Origin: Octopus vulgaris
Lineage: Eukaryota
DNA: 64,000 nt
Direction of reading: 5' to 3'
Assembly: GCA_951406725.2 (NCBI GenBank)
Contig: OX597837.1
Coordinates: forward strand, 43,834,001 to 43,898,000
The notes under the pieces are model-generated. The model was not told the DNA's origin and made no database searches. It saw nothing but the letters and a program-made list of their open reading frames with translations. How positions within the stretch are numbered: the first letter of the stretch is position 1; each line of letters opens with the position of its first letter. The position numbers and the translations under genes were made by a program. Positions 1-13,827 of the stretch are shown piece after piece.

Positions 1-221
1 ACTGATCGATAATAGAAACCTAACCTGTCTCATTACATAACAAACTAATTGCAAATCCAATTTTTTAGATATTTTTTTCTAGATTTTTCATCAATTTTAT
101 CGAACCGCTTCTGCTATAAATCAAGATTCTCGCCAATAAAGAAGAATTTAATTTTGAATATCACAAACATTAAAATTACCGTTTTTTTTCAATATTGTAT
201 ATATGCATGTGAGTGTGTATG

Positions 222-293
<72 letters not shown>

Positions 294-828
294 CATATAT
301 ATATATATTTCGTTTTTGGATTAAAATAAAAATAAGAAATAAGTGGAAATCATAAGGCACAAAAAGAAAATGACTCTCCCCAGACACAACTAAATATATA
401 TATATGCACGTATATGTATGTGTACAAGCATGTATGTATATATATTTATATATACTTATAGATATATATATATATACATACTCACACAAGTGTGTATGTG
501 TACGTATGCATGTGTATATAATTTATATAATTATAACCAAAGACAAAGAAGTGAGCAGAATTTTTTTTATTTCTTTGATTTACAATTGTTTCCTCGAAAA
601 TTGAACTCATGAGCCTTATTATAAATCAGTGAAATGAAAGAACTTGTTCACTCCATTCTCTTTGGTTATAATTGAAGATACTGTGGATTTTCGGGGCTTT
701 TCAAACTTCTTTTTGATATAACATACAAATACCTGATTACCTGCTGTCTGATAGCCTGGATCCGTGGATGAGCTAATTACAGCTACTGTCAACACCCAAA
801 TAAAATTACATGCACACGCCTACATATC

Positions 829-1161
829 GGGGACACCCTTCGGTCACGAATGACCATGGGATTGCACCTAGAAATTTACCCTGCGAGGCACAAGTCCGGG
901 TAAGGTTGTTTATAGAAAGCCAGCAGTCGCCCATGAATACCGGCCTCCCCTCTTCACACCACCGATGTTATTCAAGGGAAAGGCAAAGGGGCCGATACAG
1001 CTTGGCACCAGTGATGTCGCAACTCATTTCTACAGCTGAGTAAACTGGAGCAACGTGAAATAAAGGGTCTTGCTCAAGAAGACAACACGCAGCCTCGTCC
1101 GGGATTCGAACTTCAACCTCACGGTCGTAAGTTCGATGCTCTAACCACTGAGCCATGCGCC
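829..1161 (-). mobile_element. tRNA-derived SINE, family A
   Basis: A box TGGCTCAGTGG, B box GTTCGAATCC, shared body TTGAGCAAG..CTTTATTTCACGTTGCTCCAG. Confidence 0.8.
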
Positions 1162-2501
1162 TACATATATGTGTGCGTATTTCTATGTATGTATGTATCT
1201 TATAGAGAGCGGGAGATCTTATGGCTTGCGCCCTTTCACTTTATGTTAAGTCTATACTAAAGGTCTTTTTTTTCAAAATCCCAAGGTATAATTTTCCACC
1301 CTACCATAAATATTACCCTCTTTCATATTTCATATTCCGCAACCCCAAATCTGAGATCTATAACCGTCGCTTCTAATAGGCGGTAGCTGGGTCCCGTGAA
1401 TTACCCATGTGGCTCCCACGCTACTTCAGTTGATGCAAACACCGTAAACCTGGAAAAACTAAGCTACTTTAGCAGCAGCAGCGTTAGCACCAATGTCCCT
1501 GGTATTAGAGTCATTAACAGCTGAAACCACGGTGAGGAAAATATGATCCATCTTCTTGACTTTTGTACAGCTGGAGATGATTTAAACCTACATTAAAATT
1601 CAGCTAATTATACCACCTCTATATTATCCAATGTCTAGCAATACCTCAAAGGCGACTGATTTGAATACTGATCTTCAAAGTGATGTTCTTAGACTTGAAA
1701 GCCTCCTGCATCTTGCAGCTCACCTGCAACGGACCGGCGTGACGTCCAAGTGGGGAACCTATACGCCAAGGAAACCGGGAAACCGGCCCTTATGAGCCAG
1801 GCGTGGATCGAGAAGGAACAAACAATAGTTTCATATGTTGAGCTATATGGTTTGTGCTTGATGAATATATTTGAGGTATTCCTCAACATATGAAACTATT
1901 AATAACACATAAAAGCATGTATAAAATAACATATGTATATATATATATATATATATATAATATAATCGTGTGTTCGTATGTGTGTGCGTGTGTCTATGAG
2001 TGTGTGTGTGTGTGTGTGGTCTGTTGTACCTCTTTCTTGTACGTTCTTGTTGTTTAATTATAAAACTACAAAATCGAAAAGCGGAAAAATATTTGAATGA
2101 TGTTTATGTGTAAAAAAAACATTTTCATTGAATAATATTAATTTGATTAAATATTATTTAAAAAGAAATTACAAAATTGCCAACTATTACAGACGAATAT
2201 ACCAGACTTTAAAAAAGAGTAAGAAGTGGAATCGTTTTTTGTCTTTTGTTTTTTCATCCAAAATCTTCTCAAAGTGGTTCCCTACCTTGGCTCAAGTCCC
2301 AAAATGAAAAAAGTTAAATATTTCAAGATAAGATGAATATATATATAATGATTAAAAATACTAACTGACCGCCTTCGTCCTTCAAATGTAGGCGCTGGTG
2401 GAAAACCGGAAGACACGTTTTGAAATCAGCATCGAAAATGGTTACTTGTTTTTCGAACTAAAAGTCATTTCCTGTTGCACATTTTTTTTTTGTTAAACAG
2501 T

Positions 2502-2502
<1 letters not shown>

Positions 2503-2566
<64 letters not shown>

Positions 2567-2602
2567 AAGAAGAAGAAGAAGAAGAAGAAAAAGAAAACTA
2601 GG

Positions 2603-2656
<54 letters not shown>

Positions 2657-2995
2657 GGGTGTTGGTGATGGCGGTGGTGGTGGTGATGGCGGTGGTGGTG
2701 GTGATGGTGGAGATGGTGGTGATGGTGGTGGTGGTGGTGGTGGTGGTGATGGTGGTGGTGGTGGTGGTGGTGGCAGCAGCAGCAGCAGTAGTAGTAGAAG
2801 TAGTAGTAGTAGTAGTAATAGTAGTAGTAGTAACACTAGCAGTAGTAATATTAAGAAAGCGAATAGTGATACTAATACTACTACTAATATAGATAATGAT
2901 AACACCAGTAACAATAATGATGAAGACGATGACGATTATGACGTTGACGATGATAATGAGGATGATCACGATTATGATGATGATGATGATGATAG
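2503..2995. repeat. Compound trinucleotide microsatellite (TAA)(GAA)(GTA)(GGT)(GAT)
   Basis: Direct inspection. Confidence 0.95.
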
Positions 2996-3075
2996 CATTC
3001 AGTGTTATAAAGAAACCATACTGAAAAAAAAACAAAATGAATGAAAACTAACATAAAATATAAACATACATACGT

Positions 3076-3119
<44 letters not shown>

Positions 3120-3159
3120 GCCACATACATATATATTATATGTATGTATGTATATGTAA

Positions 3160-3197
<38 letters not shown>

Positions 3198-3230
3198 CGT
3201 CATAAAATCTTCACCTGTTGATTTTCTCAG

Positions 3231-3365
3231 GTGAAAGTTAAAAGCAAGAGAACGGTGAACGATGAATGTAATGAAAAGACAAGTTTGTGCTGTTGTTTTT
3301 TACGAAGTAGCCTCGCCAATATTCTTTATTCTCTTAGTATTATTGGACTCTGTATATCACACCAC
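3231..3365 (+). other. Orphan candidate exon; ATG at 3262 gives signal-peptide-like MNVMKRQVCAVVFYEVASPIFFILLVLLDSVYHT
   Basis: Canonical acceptor ttttctcAG and donor CAC|GTGAGT flank a unique island between microsatellites; no downstream partner exon found. Confidence 0.35.
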
Positions 3366-3370
3366 GTGAG

Positions 3371-3402
<32 letters not shown>

Positions 3403-3643
3403 CTCTCTCTCGCTCTCTCTTTCTCTCTTCTCTCTCGCTTCTCTCTCTCGCTCTCTCTTTCTTTCTTTAAATACGAGAGATTTTTTTCTTTACCTGATTC
3501 AAAGTCTCTAAAGAACATCTGGGAGGTTTCTGTCAGTTTTTATTAACCTGTAGTGCGTAGGTGTGTATGTATACATGCGTGTGTGTATATACGTATGTTT
3601 GTATGTGTGAATGCATGAATGTACATACGTATTTATGCACATG

Positions 3644-3678
<35 letters not shown>

Positions 3679-3689
3679 CTGTATGTGTT

Positions 3690-3720
<31 letters not shown>

Positions 3721-3759
3721 TCACATATATATATATATATATATATATATTCACATATA

Positions 3760-3795
<36 letters not shown>

Positions 3796-4046
3796 ACATA
3801 TACACATACCCACCTAACTACATATATATAAATATATATATGTATTGAGGCTGCCAGGTGTGTAGATAGGTAGGTAGGTACGTCTCTAGGTATGTACATG
3901 TACAGATAGGCAGGTATGAAAGTAATTAAGAATCTAAATTGTCGGATTTGGTTTAACAAAAAGAGAAAAAAATAGGAATTGAACTCTCAACGTGAAGCAG
4001 TGTATAATGATTTACTGGCCGAAATTACTGCAGGAGGAACTCAAAA

Positions 4047-4420
4047 TCTTCTGCGGGTCTTACGAATAGCAAAGGACCACGTTTCGGACTTCTCCCATCT
4101 TTTGAGCTCTGGGACGAAGACTGTTCGCTAAACAGCTCAACAAGTGCAACAGCAACAGAAGCAGCTGTACAGTCGCAACAACATCTCTATGTAATATTGG
4201 GGTGGGATTTCTAAATATGCTGAGATTCTGGTGGTCGTCGTGGTAGGCAGTAAGATCTGTTTAAAGTATTTAGTAGGGTCATGGGGAAAGAGAGGCAGTA
4301 CGAATGACGAGAAATGAAATAGCAAAGGACCACGTTTCGGACTTCTCCCATCTTGCGAGCTCTGGGACGAAGACCGTTCGCTCAACAGCAACAGCAACAG
4401 CAGCAGCAACGGAGATGGCA
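4047..4420 (+). mobile_element. Two family B SINE 3' ends bracketing a copy of flank from 33727-33896
   Basis: 4047-4314 is the reverse complement of 33727-34015. Confidence 0.7.
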
Positions 4421-5913
4421 ACAGCGCAGATGGCGGCAGCGGAGGCAGTGGAAACAGTGAAATGGTAACCACAGCAACGGCGACCCCGAGGACAGCAGCG
4501 CGGCGTCGGTAGCAACACAGCTTAAATGGCATTTTTCAGAAATACGTTTTCGAAAGCGCAGATTACGAAATGCGGATGCTTCTGAAGATAATCCGATAAA
4601 AAAATACGATAGGTGTTAAAATGATGGAGATTGGCGATTACAAAGCCGAAGATTAAATAAATTCAAAACGCCTTCCCCATCGAAATATTATCTTTTCTCT
4701 TTTTCCCTAACTTTTATCAACATAATTGTAAGCTACACTCTCGAAAACCTATCCCCGTAAAATATCACATAATGCATGTATTTTTCAGAATAAGTAAACA
4801 AAGGTACGTACATATACAAATATAAACTTACATATACACACACTAACACATATACGCACACTTACATCCACGCACACACTCACATACACGCACACACAGA
4901 GATACACTCATATATTGTTTAATAGCGATTCGATTCGTCACCACGCAACTTAGTTTTATAGGTTCGTCCATCGAACCTATCTCATCAGGCACGGAGAAAC
5001 CGAATGAAGGGAGTCCGACATGCCTTCACGATATTAGGTTCCTATTTCTCAGTACGGATCACACCCACACACACGTACACACACAGACATACACACACAC
5101 ATGCACACACACATACATACATACATACATACATACATACATACATACATACATACATACATACATACATACATACATACATACATACATACATACATAC
5201 ATGGACCTGTGTGAAATACATATATAAAACAAGGTGGACAAACATACATACATACATGGACCTGTGTGAAATACATATATAAAACAAGGTGGACAAAATA
5301 GTACTCGATTACCAAATGTAGAGTAAAATACTGTGTTTTATTGAATAATGCAAAACTTCATAGAATGTTACTCGGAGTTTCACATAATTGAACATCAGAA
5401 AAAAGGGAACGTTTGGAGAAATAAAATTGCTTATAAATATTTATAAATGCTACATTGAAAATTATTTGAAATTCATCAAAATGACAATTAAACATGGTTG
5501 CACAGGGGTTTATAACCATTCACAGTTAATAACATAATTAATGGAATTTGTAGGATGATACGACTGACCGTTCACGAGAAACTATAAAAGCATTAGACGC
5601 GAGTAAAATAAAGTTGAATAAAAAAGAATCTTTTCAAATTGCTCTTTTATTTAACTTTCAAAGAAAACATTTCAAAGCATTCTAGAATGAAAGAATTTAA
5701 GAATAATAAACGAAATATGTTATATATTAAACAAGATCGAATGAATGTAACAAATTTACAAATTGATACAAATGTATTTGTGTGACTAAAGAAAGGCGAA
5801 AATGTAATGCTAGACAGAGTGACGGGAGTTAAGCCTTGATATACGCCATTAGCTCCATTGATACAGTGACAGTTTGCATATAACACACACACACACACAT
5901 ATATATATATATG

Positions 5914-5983
<70 letters not shown>

Positions 5984-5984
<1 letters not shown>

Positions 5985-6158
5985 TTAGCCACTACACACA
6001 TTTTTTTCTCTCCTTGTGTTTTTTTTCTGTGTCCCTTTCTGTAGAAGAGTTTAGGCTCGAAACGTAAAATACTTTTTCTATTCCTGAGCGTTATACTAAT
6101 GCATCTGTTTGTTTTGTACACCAACTGTCTTCGTCTTTTGTTTTTCGTAAACTTTCCC
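5984..6158 (+). mobile_element. Short Penelope-derived non-autonomous repeat (family P1) with hammerhead variant at 6035-6070
   Basis: Flanked by (TA)n; CTGTAGA-a-GAGT/GCTC-GAAACGTA; second copy at 58949-59140 (-). Confidence 0.55.
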
Positions 6159-6193
<35 letters not shown>

Positions 6194-6194
<1 letters not shown>

Positions 6195-6440
6195 GGTGCG
6201 TGGCTTAGTGGTTAGGGTGTCAGCATCATGATCGTATGATTGTGGTTTCGATTCCTAGACCGGGCGACGCTTTTTGTTCTTGAGCAAAACACTTCATTTC
6301 ACGTTGCTCCAGTCCACTCAGCTGGCAAAAATGAGTAACGCTGGGATGGACTGGCGTCCCGTCCAGCTGGCGAACACATACGCCATTGAAACCGGGAAAC
6401 CGGGCCCATGAACCTGGCTAGGTTTTAAAAGGGTGCATTT
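6194..6440 (+). mobile_element. tRNA-derived SINE, family A variant
   Basis: A/B boxes plus family A body, different tail. Confidence 0.75.
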
Positions 6441-6529
6441 ATTTATTATTATTATGTATATACATACATACATGCTTACATACAGTTGGGTTAAACAGAA
6501 AGAATACAAAATCAGCGAGAGGAATTAAT

Positions 6530-6798
6530 AATAATAATAATGATAATAATAATAATAATAATAATAATATTTTCGACACTGGTTTAAACTCCTACAATGG
6601 TAATAATAATAATGGAGATGTAGGAATTAGAAACAACAGCATTAACACATCTAATATAGACAATGTAGACTGTGGCTCTGAAGTTTATACTAGCACAGGG
6701 ATTCCTGGCACAATACCTGTTGACACTGAGATGAATTTAAATGATACAATAGTTGAAAGAAGTATAAACATTAGCAGCAATAATAATAATAACGATTA

Positions 6799-6864
<66 letters not shown>

Positions 6865-8240
6865 CAGCAGTACTAGTAGTAGCAATGATAATAACAATGA
6901 TAGGAATATCAATAATATTAACAGTGGTAGTGTTTCTGGATGTAATTGTAGAGTTAAAACCCACTGTCCGTTATTAGGTCGCTGTTTAATCCAAAATGTA
7001 ATTTATAAATGTACAGTCGTGACTGAGGCTGGTAAATTTATATATATATATATATAGGATGTTCGATAAATATGAAAAAAAACATATCAATAATCATTTT
7101 TCATCTAGTACGTCTTTATCTAGTAAGATTTGGGAACTAAAAGAAAGCGGGACTGGATTTAGCCTTAAATGGGATATAATACGGAGAGCGCAGCTTTATA
7201 GAGATAGTCTATATGGGTGTGGGCTGTGCTCTATGGAAACTTATGAGATTTTTAAATATAGGGACAAGAACAACCTGATTAATAATAGATTAGACCTAAG
7301 TGTATCATGCATGCATAGCATCACCCGTACATTTAAGTCGAAATTAACAATTATAGTTACCATACTTGAACTTTGATGGTGGTAATTAATTTTGGTGTCG
7401 TATCGGTTGTAAACTTACCCTCCAGTATTAAATATAAAAAATCATGTGATATTATGTTATATGGTGAATTATATTGCATCACATATGTTATATGCTATGT
7501 ATTGTGATATGTGGTGTGCTATATGTAAATACTATCCCATGATAACCCCTGCCTAGTTAGTCTGACTTCATCCTATTTCGGTGATTACACTATTTTCCTT
7601 TCTACTATGTCCTGCCCCACCGATCATATTATGTATACTTGTAGTGAGTTTATGTAAGTAAGTCTCCTTTTGACTAAATCATATACACCCTAGAAACTAC
7701 AAAATCATAATGCAACAACACCACTAACATTACAATTTATAAAATCTCTTCGGTCTGAATACCTTTAGCTGCCCTCACTACTTCCATGCCTATAATCCCC
7801 TCTTTTGGGTTACCTTTATCTTTTCCCTGCCTCTAATTTTCATCATTTTAATCCCTTATATGTAGGTTATATGTATTTCTTATCATTTTCTATAAATTCT
7901 TATTATAAATAAGGATGTGCAAACGGTCTCCCTTCATCGAAAATCGGTGAATGCCGTACGCCGAAGACAGGCAAATACCTAGAAACTGCAGTCCGTGCGT
8001 ATCACTTAGGTTGACGAGAGAGGAATGACCTCCCTTTGCAAATTCCATAAGGACACAGAAAGTGTGCCTAAAGCCAGCTGGAGACGATGATCTCCTGGGG
8101 CTACAAGCTACAGTAACACCCACCCTTAGTGGTTAGCCATACTGAGATGGCTAGTATACTTTACGTTGTCTTATTTTGTTGTCTTATTTTGATATCCTTA
8201 CTTATTCACACCTTATCCTTTATAAATTGTTATTTTTTTC
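6530..8240 (+). mobile_element. Penelope-like retroelement remnant: GIY-YIG endonuclease plus 3' terminal repeat with hammerhead motif
   Basis: CNCRVKTHCPLLGRCLIQNVIYKCTV...YIG...STSLSSKIWELKE...KWDII...CGLCSME...NLINNR (6935-7340, frameshifted); 7940-8165 recurs at 10860-11085. Confidence 0.8.
7955..7999 (+). ncRNA. Minimal type I hammerhead ribozyme motif (core mutated)
   Basis: Stem I CGTACG/CGTGCG; core CCGAAGA; stem II AGG/CCT; GAAA-C-TGCA-G-TC with palindromic stem III loop. Confidence 0.6.
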
Positions 8241-9322
8241 GTTCTTAAATTGATATTTTCAGTTACTTAGGACTATGCAAGATATTTATATCATATTCTT
8301 TCATATAAGCGTATAAATATTTGCGTGTATGTATACATGCATATATGCACATATGTGTGTGTGTGTATCTGTATGCATTTTTATACTTTTCTGATTCATG
8401 GTTTACAATTAATAGATAGCATGTATATCTTTCCAGTAATTCCAAATGTAAATGCCTTGTACAGTGCGTGTTTAATAAACTGTTACAAGCAGAGGCGTGA
8501 TAGTGACTTCGAAGCTTCAGCCTCACAGCCTTCGACTAGCAAGCCAATACCTCAAAAGTGACTGTCGTCTCCTCCAGTAAAGGCTTTGCCTTTGCCGTGT
8601 TAGCACCGCGAATTTAGCAGCGTTGGCTTTACCTTATATGATGATAGACGTCTTAATGTTTCTGTTAATGTTGGCTTCCTTCTCCCTTTCTTTTTCTTTC
8701 TCCTCAATCTTTCTATATGTATGTGCAAGTTTCTACACGCATGCGCATGTGTGTTTACTGCCGGTGCCAAAATTTACTGCCGCCAAAAGATGTTCAATGT
8801 ACTCTCAGCTATGCCAAGCCACCAACATCCACAGGTCACACCTAACAGACATTATTTCGTGATGAAGTGGGGGCTCGGAATCTATTTAGAACACTGTTTG
8901 CAACAGCTCAACAGATCAGATTTTTGTTTCAAAATGATTTGTCATGAAACAGAACTTGATACGAAGATCGTAACGAAAATAATGCAAATATGAGTCTAAC
9001 GTTTTATTAAATAACATAGGTCGTTCAAGTTACATAAGTAGGTTGAATAATTCTTCCTCTGTTGTAACTTTGCCTGTTATTATTCCTAGCAGACAACTAA
9101 TGGCTTCCAAAGCTCTTGACGAAGGAGAAGTGCATTAGATCATGACGAAGGAGAATTGCAGATCCTTTCAACATTAGTTCCATGTCAGTCCGATGAATTA
9201 ATGTCGAAACGACCGTTGCGCGAACGTTTTAAATAAAATAAAATTTGAGAATGCAACTGTATCATATATTGAATAGACAAATAAGAGTAGTTCACAATCG
9301 ACTGAAGCAAAGAGAATATATT

Positions 9323-10335
9323 ATGTATGCCTGTATGTATGTATGTATGTATGTATGTATTTATGTATGTATTTATGTATGTATGTATGTATGTATGTAT
9401 GTACGTGTATCGTGTATGTATGTGTATGTACGTGTATATATATGCATGTGTGTATATATATGTATGTATATTGCATGTATATATGTATGTATGCCTGTAT
9501 GTATGTATGTATGTGTGCATGTATATGTATGTATATTGTATGTTTATATGTATGTATGCCTTATGTATGTATTTATGCCTGTGTGTATGTATGCCTATAT
9601 ATATGTTGTATGTATAAATGAATATATGGATTATGTATGTCTGTATGTATGCCTGTATGTATGCTTATATTTATACATGTATGTATGTATGTATGTACGT
9701 ACGTATGTATGTATGTATGTATGTATGTATGTATGAATGTATGTCTCTCTGTATGTATGTCTATCTACATATGTATATATTTATGTATGTACGTATGTAT
9801 GCATTGTGTATGTGTGTGTGAAACGTATTCTCTTTGAAAATATGGTTTAAGTAATCTCCTAACTCCCATTCACCTTCTCCTTCTCGCTATAAATATGCGC
9901 GTGTATATGTGTGTATACATACATACAAAGATACATACATGCATACATGCACATATACATGCATGCATGCATACATACATATATACGCACATACATACAC
10001 ACATACATACATACACACATATATGCATACATACACACATACATACATACATGCATACATATATACATATACACATACATACACACACATGCATACATAC
10101 AGACATACATACATGCAAACATGCATACATACATTCATACATACGAAGATACATACATACATGTATACATACATGCATACATTCATACATACATACATAC
10201 ACATACATACATACATAATACACACATACATATACACATACACACATACATACATACATACATACATGCATACATTCATACACACATACATACATACATG
10301 CATACATACATACATACATACATACATACACATGA
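9323..10335. repeat. (TATG)n array followed by an inverted (CATA)n array
   Basis: 9323-9820 and about 9895-10335 are complementary tetranucleotide arrays. Confidence 0.9.
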
Positions 10336-10789
10336 GTGTGTATGGATGCATATATGAAATTAAATATCAAACTATTCTCTTTTATCTAAAAGTATTTTTA
10401 AGCAACGGGAAATCCTTTGTTAATGTTTGTCATGGTTGGACACACTTGTGTGTGTGTGTGTGTGTGTGTGTTCAGTGCGTGCGAATGTGTATGTGAAATT
10501 CGAACATTTAAAATCCAATACATTTTCTTTGTTTCTTTTTTCTATCTTTGAGTATAATCTATGAAATTTAGTGAATCTTTGAAATTTAGTGAAAATATAT
10601 TTCTTTCAAAATTTTCGAAAACGAATTACAGTTTCATTTTGGCCAAAAATACTCGCTACTCCAGCCAATAAAAAACCTCACCCTAAAGCTCAATGCAACC
10701 ATCATTGTTCTCTTCACTTACAGCTACGTTTAACGTCTCTGTCTGCCACTCACTCCCTTATCGTTTATCGTTTCAGTCATCCTCTATCA

Positions 10790-11086
10790 GCGTGACCACG
10801 AAAAAATCACACTTGTAAACAATTAAAATGTCCATCAATATGGCTATTCTTTTTCATCGTAAACCGGTGATTACCGTGCGTTGACAAGAGGCAAACACCT
10901 CGAAACTGCAGTCCGGTGCGTATCACTTAGGCTTACGAGAGAGGGATGACCTCCCTTTGCAAATACTATAAGGGCACAGAAAGTGTGCCTAAAGCCAGCT
11001 GGAGACGATGATCTCCTGGAGCTAAAAGCTACAGTAACACCCACCCTTAGTGGTTAGCCATATTATTGGCTAGTATACTTTACGTA
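10790..11086 (+). mobile_element. Solo Penelope-like terminal repeat (second copy of 7940-8165)
   Basis: High identity to 7940-8165; hammerhead motif at 10875-10920. Confidence 0.7.
10875..10920 (+). ncRNA. Minimal hammerhead ribozyme motif (core mutated)
   Basis: TTGACAA-GAGG caaaca CCTC-GAAA-CTGCAG-TC. Confidence 0.5.
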
Positions 11087-11170
11087 GAAAGAATTATTAT
11101 CACAATAATAATAATGATAATTACTATTATTATTATTATTATTATTATTGTTGTTGTTGTTATTATTATT

Positions 11171-11212
<42 letters not shown>

Positions 11213-11948
11213 GATGATGTTTTTGTTGTTGTTAGGCGGTGAGTCGGCAGAATCGTCAGGCAAAGCGCTTAACGGTATTTCGTCCGTCTTTTTAAGTTCT
11301 GAGTTCAAATCCCGTCGAAGGTCGACCTTTGCCTTTCATCCTTCCGGGCTCGATAAAATAAGTACCAGTCAAACACTGGGGGTCGAAGTAATTGACTTAG
11401 CCTCTCCCTCGAAATTGCTGCCCTTATGTCATAATTTGAAATCATCATCAACATTGAACAAAAGGCGAGACGGTCATGATTGGAACGGATTTAGTTATAA
11501 GTAAGCGTTGCAATGGCCATGAAATTTAGTTACGGTGTCAAATGGTTAAAATAGTGTTGGTAGCAGAAAGTGTAGCATTGTAGTATGCTGTAGAAGGCGT
11601 ATCCCTTTGTTCTTTTCCCCTTCTCGTTTCAATCATCAGACTACGGCCATGCTGTAGCATCCGTTTTTACGGGAGAGTCGAACAAATTGACCCCAATTGT
11701 AAAGTCTGGTAATCGGTGTCTTTTGTCGAACCCCAAATTGGTTATGTGGAAGTAAAACTAAACAACGCAAGTTGTCAAACGTTGTAGAGACAAACACATA
11801 CACATATACACACAAACACAACCTCACATACATACATACACACAAATATACACACATACTTTCATGCATACATGAAAATGTTTATATCAATGTTCACTCG
11901 CATATTAACACATTATTGTATGGAATCAACAATTCTATAAAGTCTAAA

Positions 11949-12213
11949 TTCTTCTTCTTCTTCTTCTTCTTCTTCTTCTTCTTCTTCTTCTTCTTCTTCT
12001 TTGTAGTCTTCTTCTTCTTCATCTTTGTCGTCTTCTTCTCCTTCTTCTTCTTCTTCTTCTTCTTCTTCTTCTTTGTCGTCTTCTTCTTCTTCTTCTTTGT
12101 CGTCTTCTTCTCCTTCTTCTTCTTCTTCTTCTTCTTCTTCTTCTTTCTTCTTCTTCTTCTTCTTCTTCTTCTTCTTTGTCGTCTTCTTCTTCTTCTTCTT
12201 TGTCGTCTTCTTC

Positions 12214-12245
<32 letters not shown>

Positions 12246-12562
12246 CTTCTTCTTCTTTGTCGTCTTCTTCTTCTTCTTCTTCTTCTTCTTCTTCTTTGTA
12301 GTCTTCTTCTTCTTCTTCTTCTTTGTTGTCTTCTGCTTCTTCTTCTTCTTCTTCTTCTTCTTCTTCTTCTCTTCTTCTCTTCTTCTTTATCTTCTTCATT
12401 TTCATTTACTTTTTCTTCTCCCCTCCTACTTATTCTTATTCTCCTCCATCTCCCCTTTCTCCTCCTTCTTATCCTTATCCTCATCCTCATCCTTCTCCTT
12501 CTCCTCCCTTCGTTCTCCTCCCCGTATACCTCCTCCTCTTCCTCCTTTTCCTTCTATCTATT

Positions 12563-12593
<31 letters not shown>

Positions 12594-12618
12594 CCTATTT
12601 CTCATTATCATTATTATC

Positions 12619-12649
<31 letters not shown>

Positions 12650-12753
12650 CATTAGTATTACTATTATTATTTTATTATCCTTCTGCGTGTTGTAGCTCGT
12701 CCTTTGATATTGTCCTACATGTCTTAGGCCCTTGTGGCCAACAAAAGAAATTA

Positions 12754-12817
<64 letters not shown>

Positions 12818-12828
12818 CATCATCATCA

Positions 12829-12886
<58 letters not shown>

Positions 12887-12929
12887 CATCATCATCATCA
12901 TCATCATCCATCATTAGTATTACTATTAC

Positions 12930-12971
<42 letters not shown>

Positions 12972-12978
12972 CATTATT

Positions 12979-13017
<39 letters not shown>

Positions 13018-13029
13018 TATTACTATTAC

Positions 13030-13062
<33 letters not shown>

Positions 13063-13108
13063 CATTATTATCATCATCATCATCATCATCGTCCATCATT
13101 AGTATTAC

Positions 13109-13186
<78 letters not shown>

Positions 13187-13219
13187 CATCATCATTTATT
13201 ATTATTACTATTACTATTA

Positions 13220-13284
<65 letters not shown>

Positions 13285-13405
13285 TCGTTTGTTTTTCTCT
13301 GCTTCTCCGTCTGAACTTACAAACAATTTCTCAAGTCAGCTGCTACTTCCTGAATGCTCCAACCATTGTCACCAACAATATCTTCCATTATCATGTATTT
13401 ATTTA

Positions 13406-13471
<66 letters not shown>

Positions 13472-13500
13472 CATCATCATACTTTTATTAGTAGTATTAT
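11949..13500. repeat. (TTC)n then (ATT/ATC)n arrays upstream of gene A
   Basis: Direct inspection. Confidence 0.95.
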
Positions 13501-13761
13501 TAATATTATTATCGCGCCCCATTTTATTTCTATATTTTTTCATCGTTCAACCCTCTTACAATCAATGTTTTACAATAAAGCATTCATTGAAAGTACTTCC
13601 GGCTTCTTTTATTAAAAAAAACGATGTCTCGACAATATCGTAGGGAACGAGAGAGGGGTGGGAATGGGTTTTCAGTGACTTTAGGACGGCAGCGGAGCAA
13701 GGGAATTGTAAACAAAGAAACATATGACATCTCTTCCATACAAGGCCCTGCATATAAGAGG

Positions 13762-13769
13762 TATATAAA
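13762..13769 (+). promoter_or_regulatory. TATA box of gene A
   Basis: TATATAAA about 60 nt upstream of the ATG at 13828, in non-repetitive context. Confidence 0.6.
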
Positions 13770-13827
13770 CCACCAAATCATAGGCAGAAGCGATCCAAAA
13801 TTCAGGAAGAACCGGATACCAGCAGAA

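Noticed and set aside
2475-3044. Gly/Ser/Asp-rich 189-aa ORF resembling a structural protein
   Set aside because: Compound trinucleotide microsatellite, no splice or start support
8490-9240. Possible piggyBac-like transposase relic (short similarity also to 46125-46175)
   Set aside because: Too degraded to identify catalytic motifs or TIRs
11772-13314. 307- and 429-aa low-complexity ORFs
   Set aside because: (TTC)n and (ATT)n repeats
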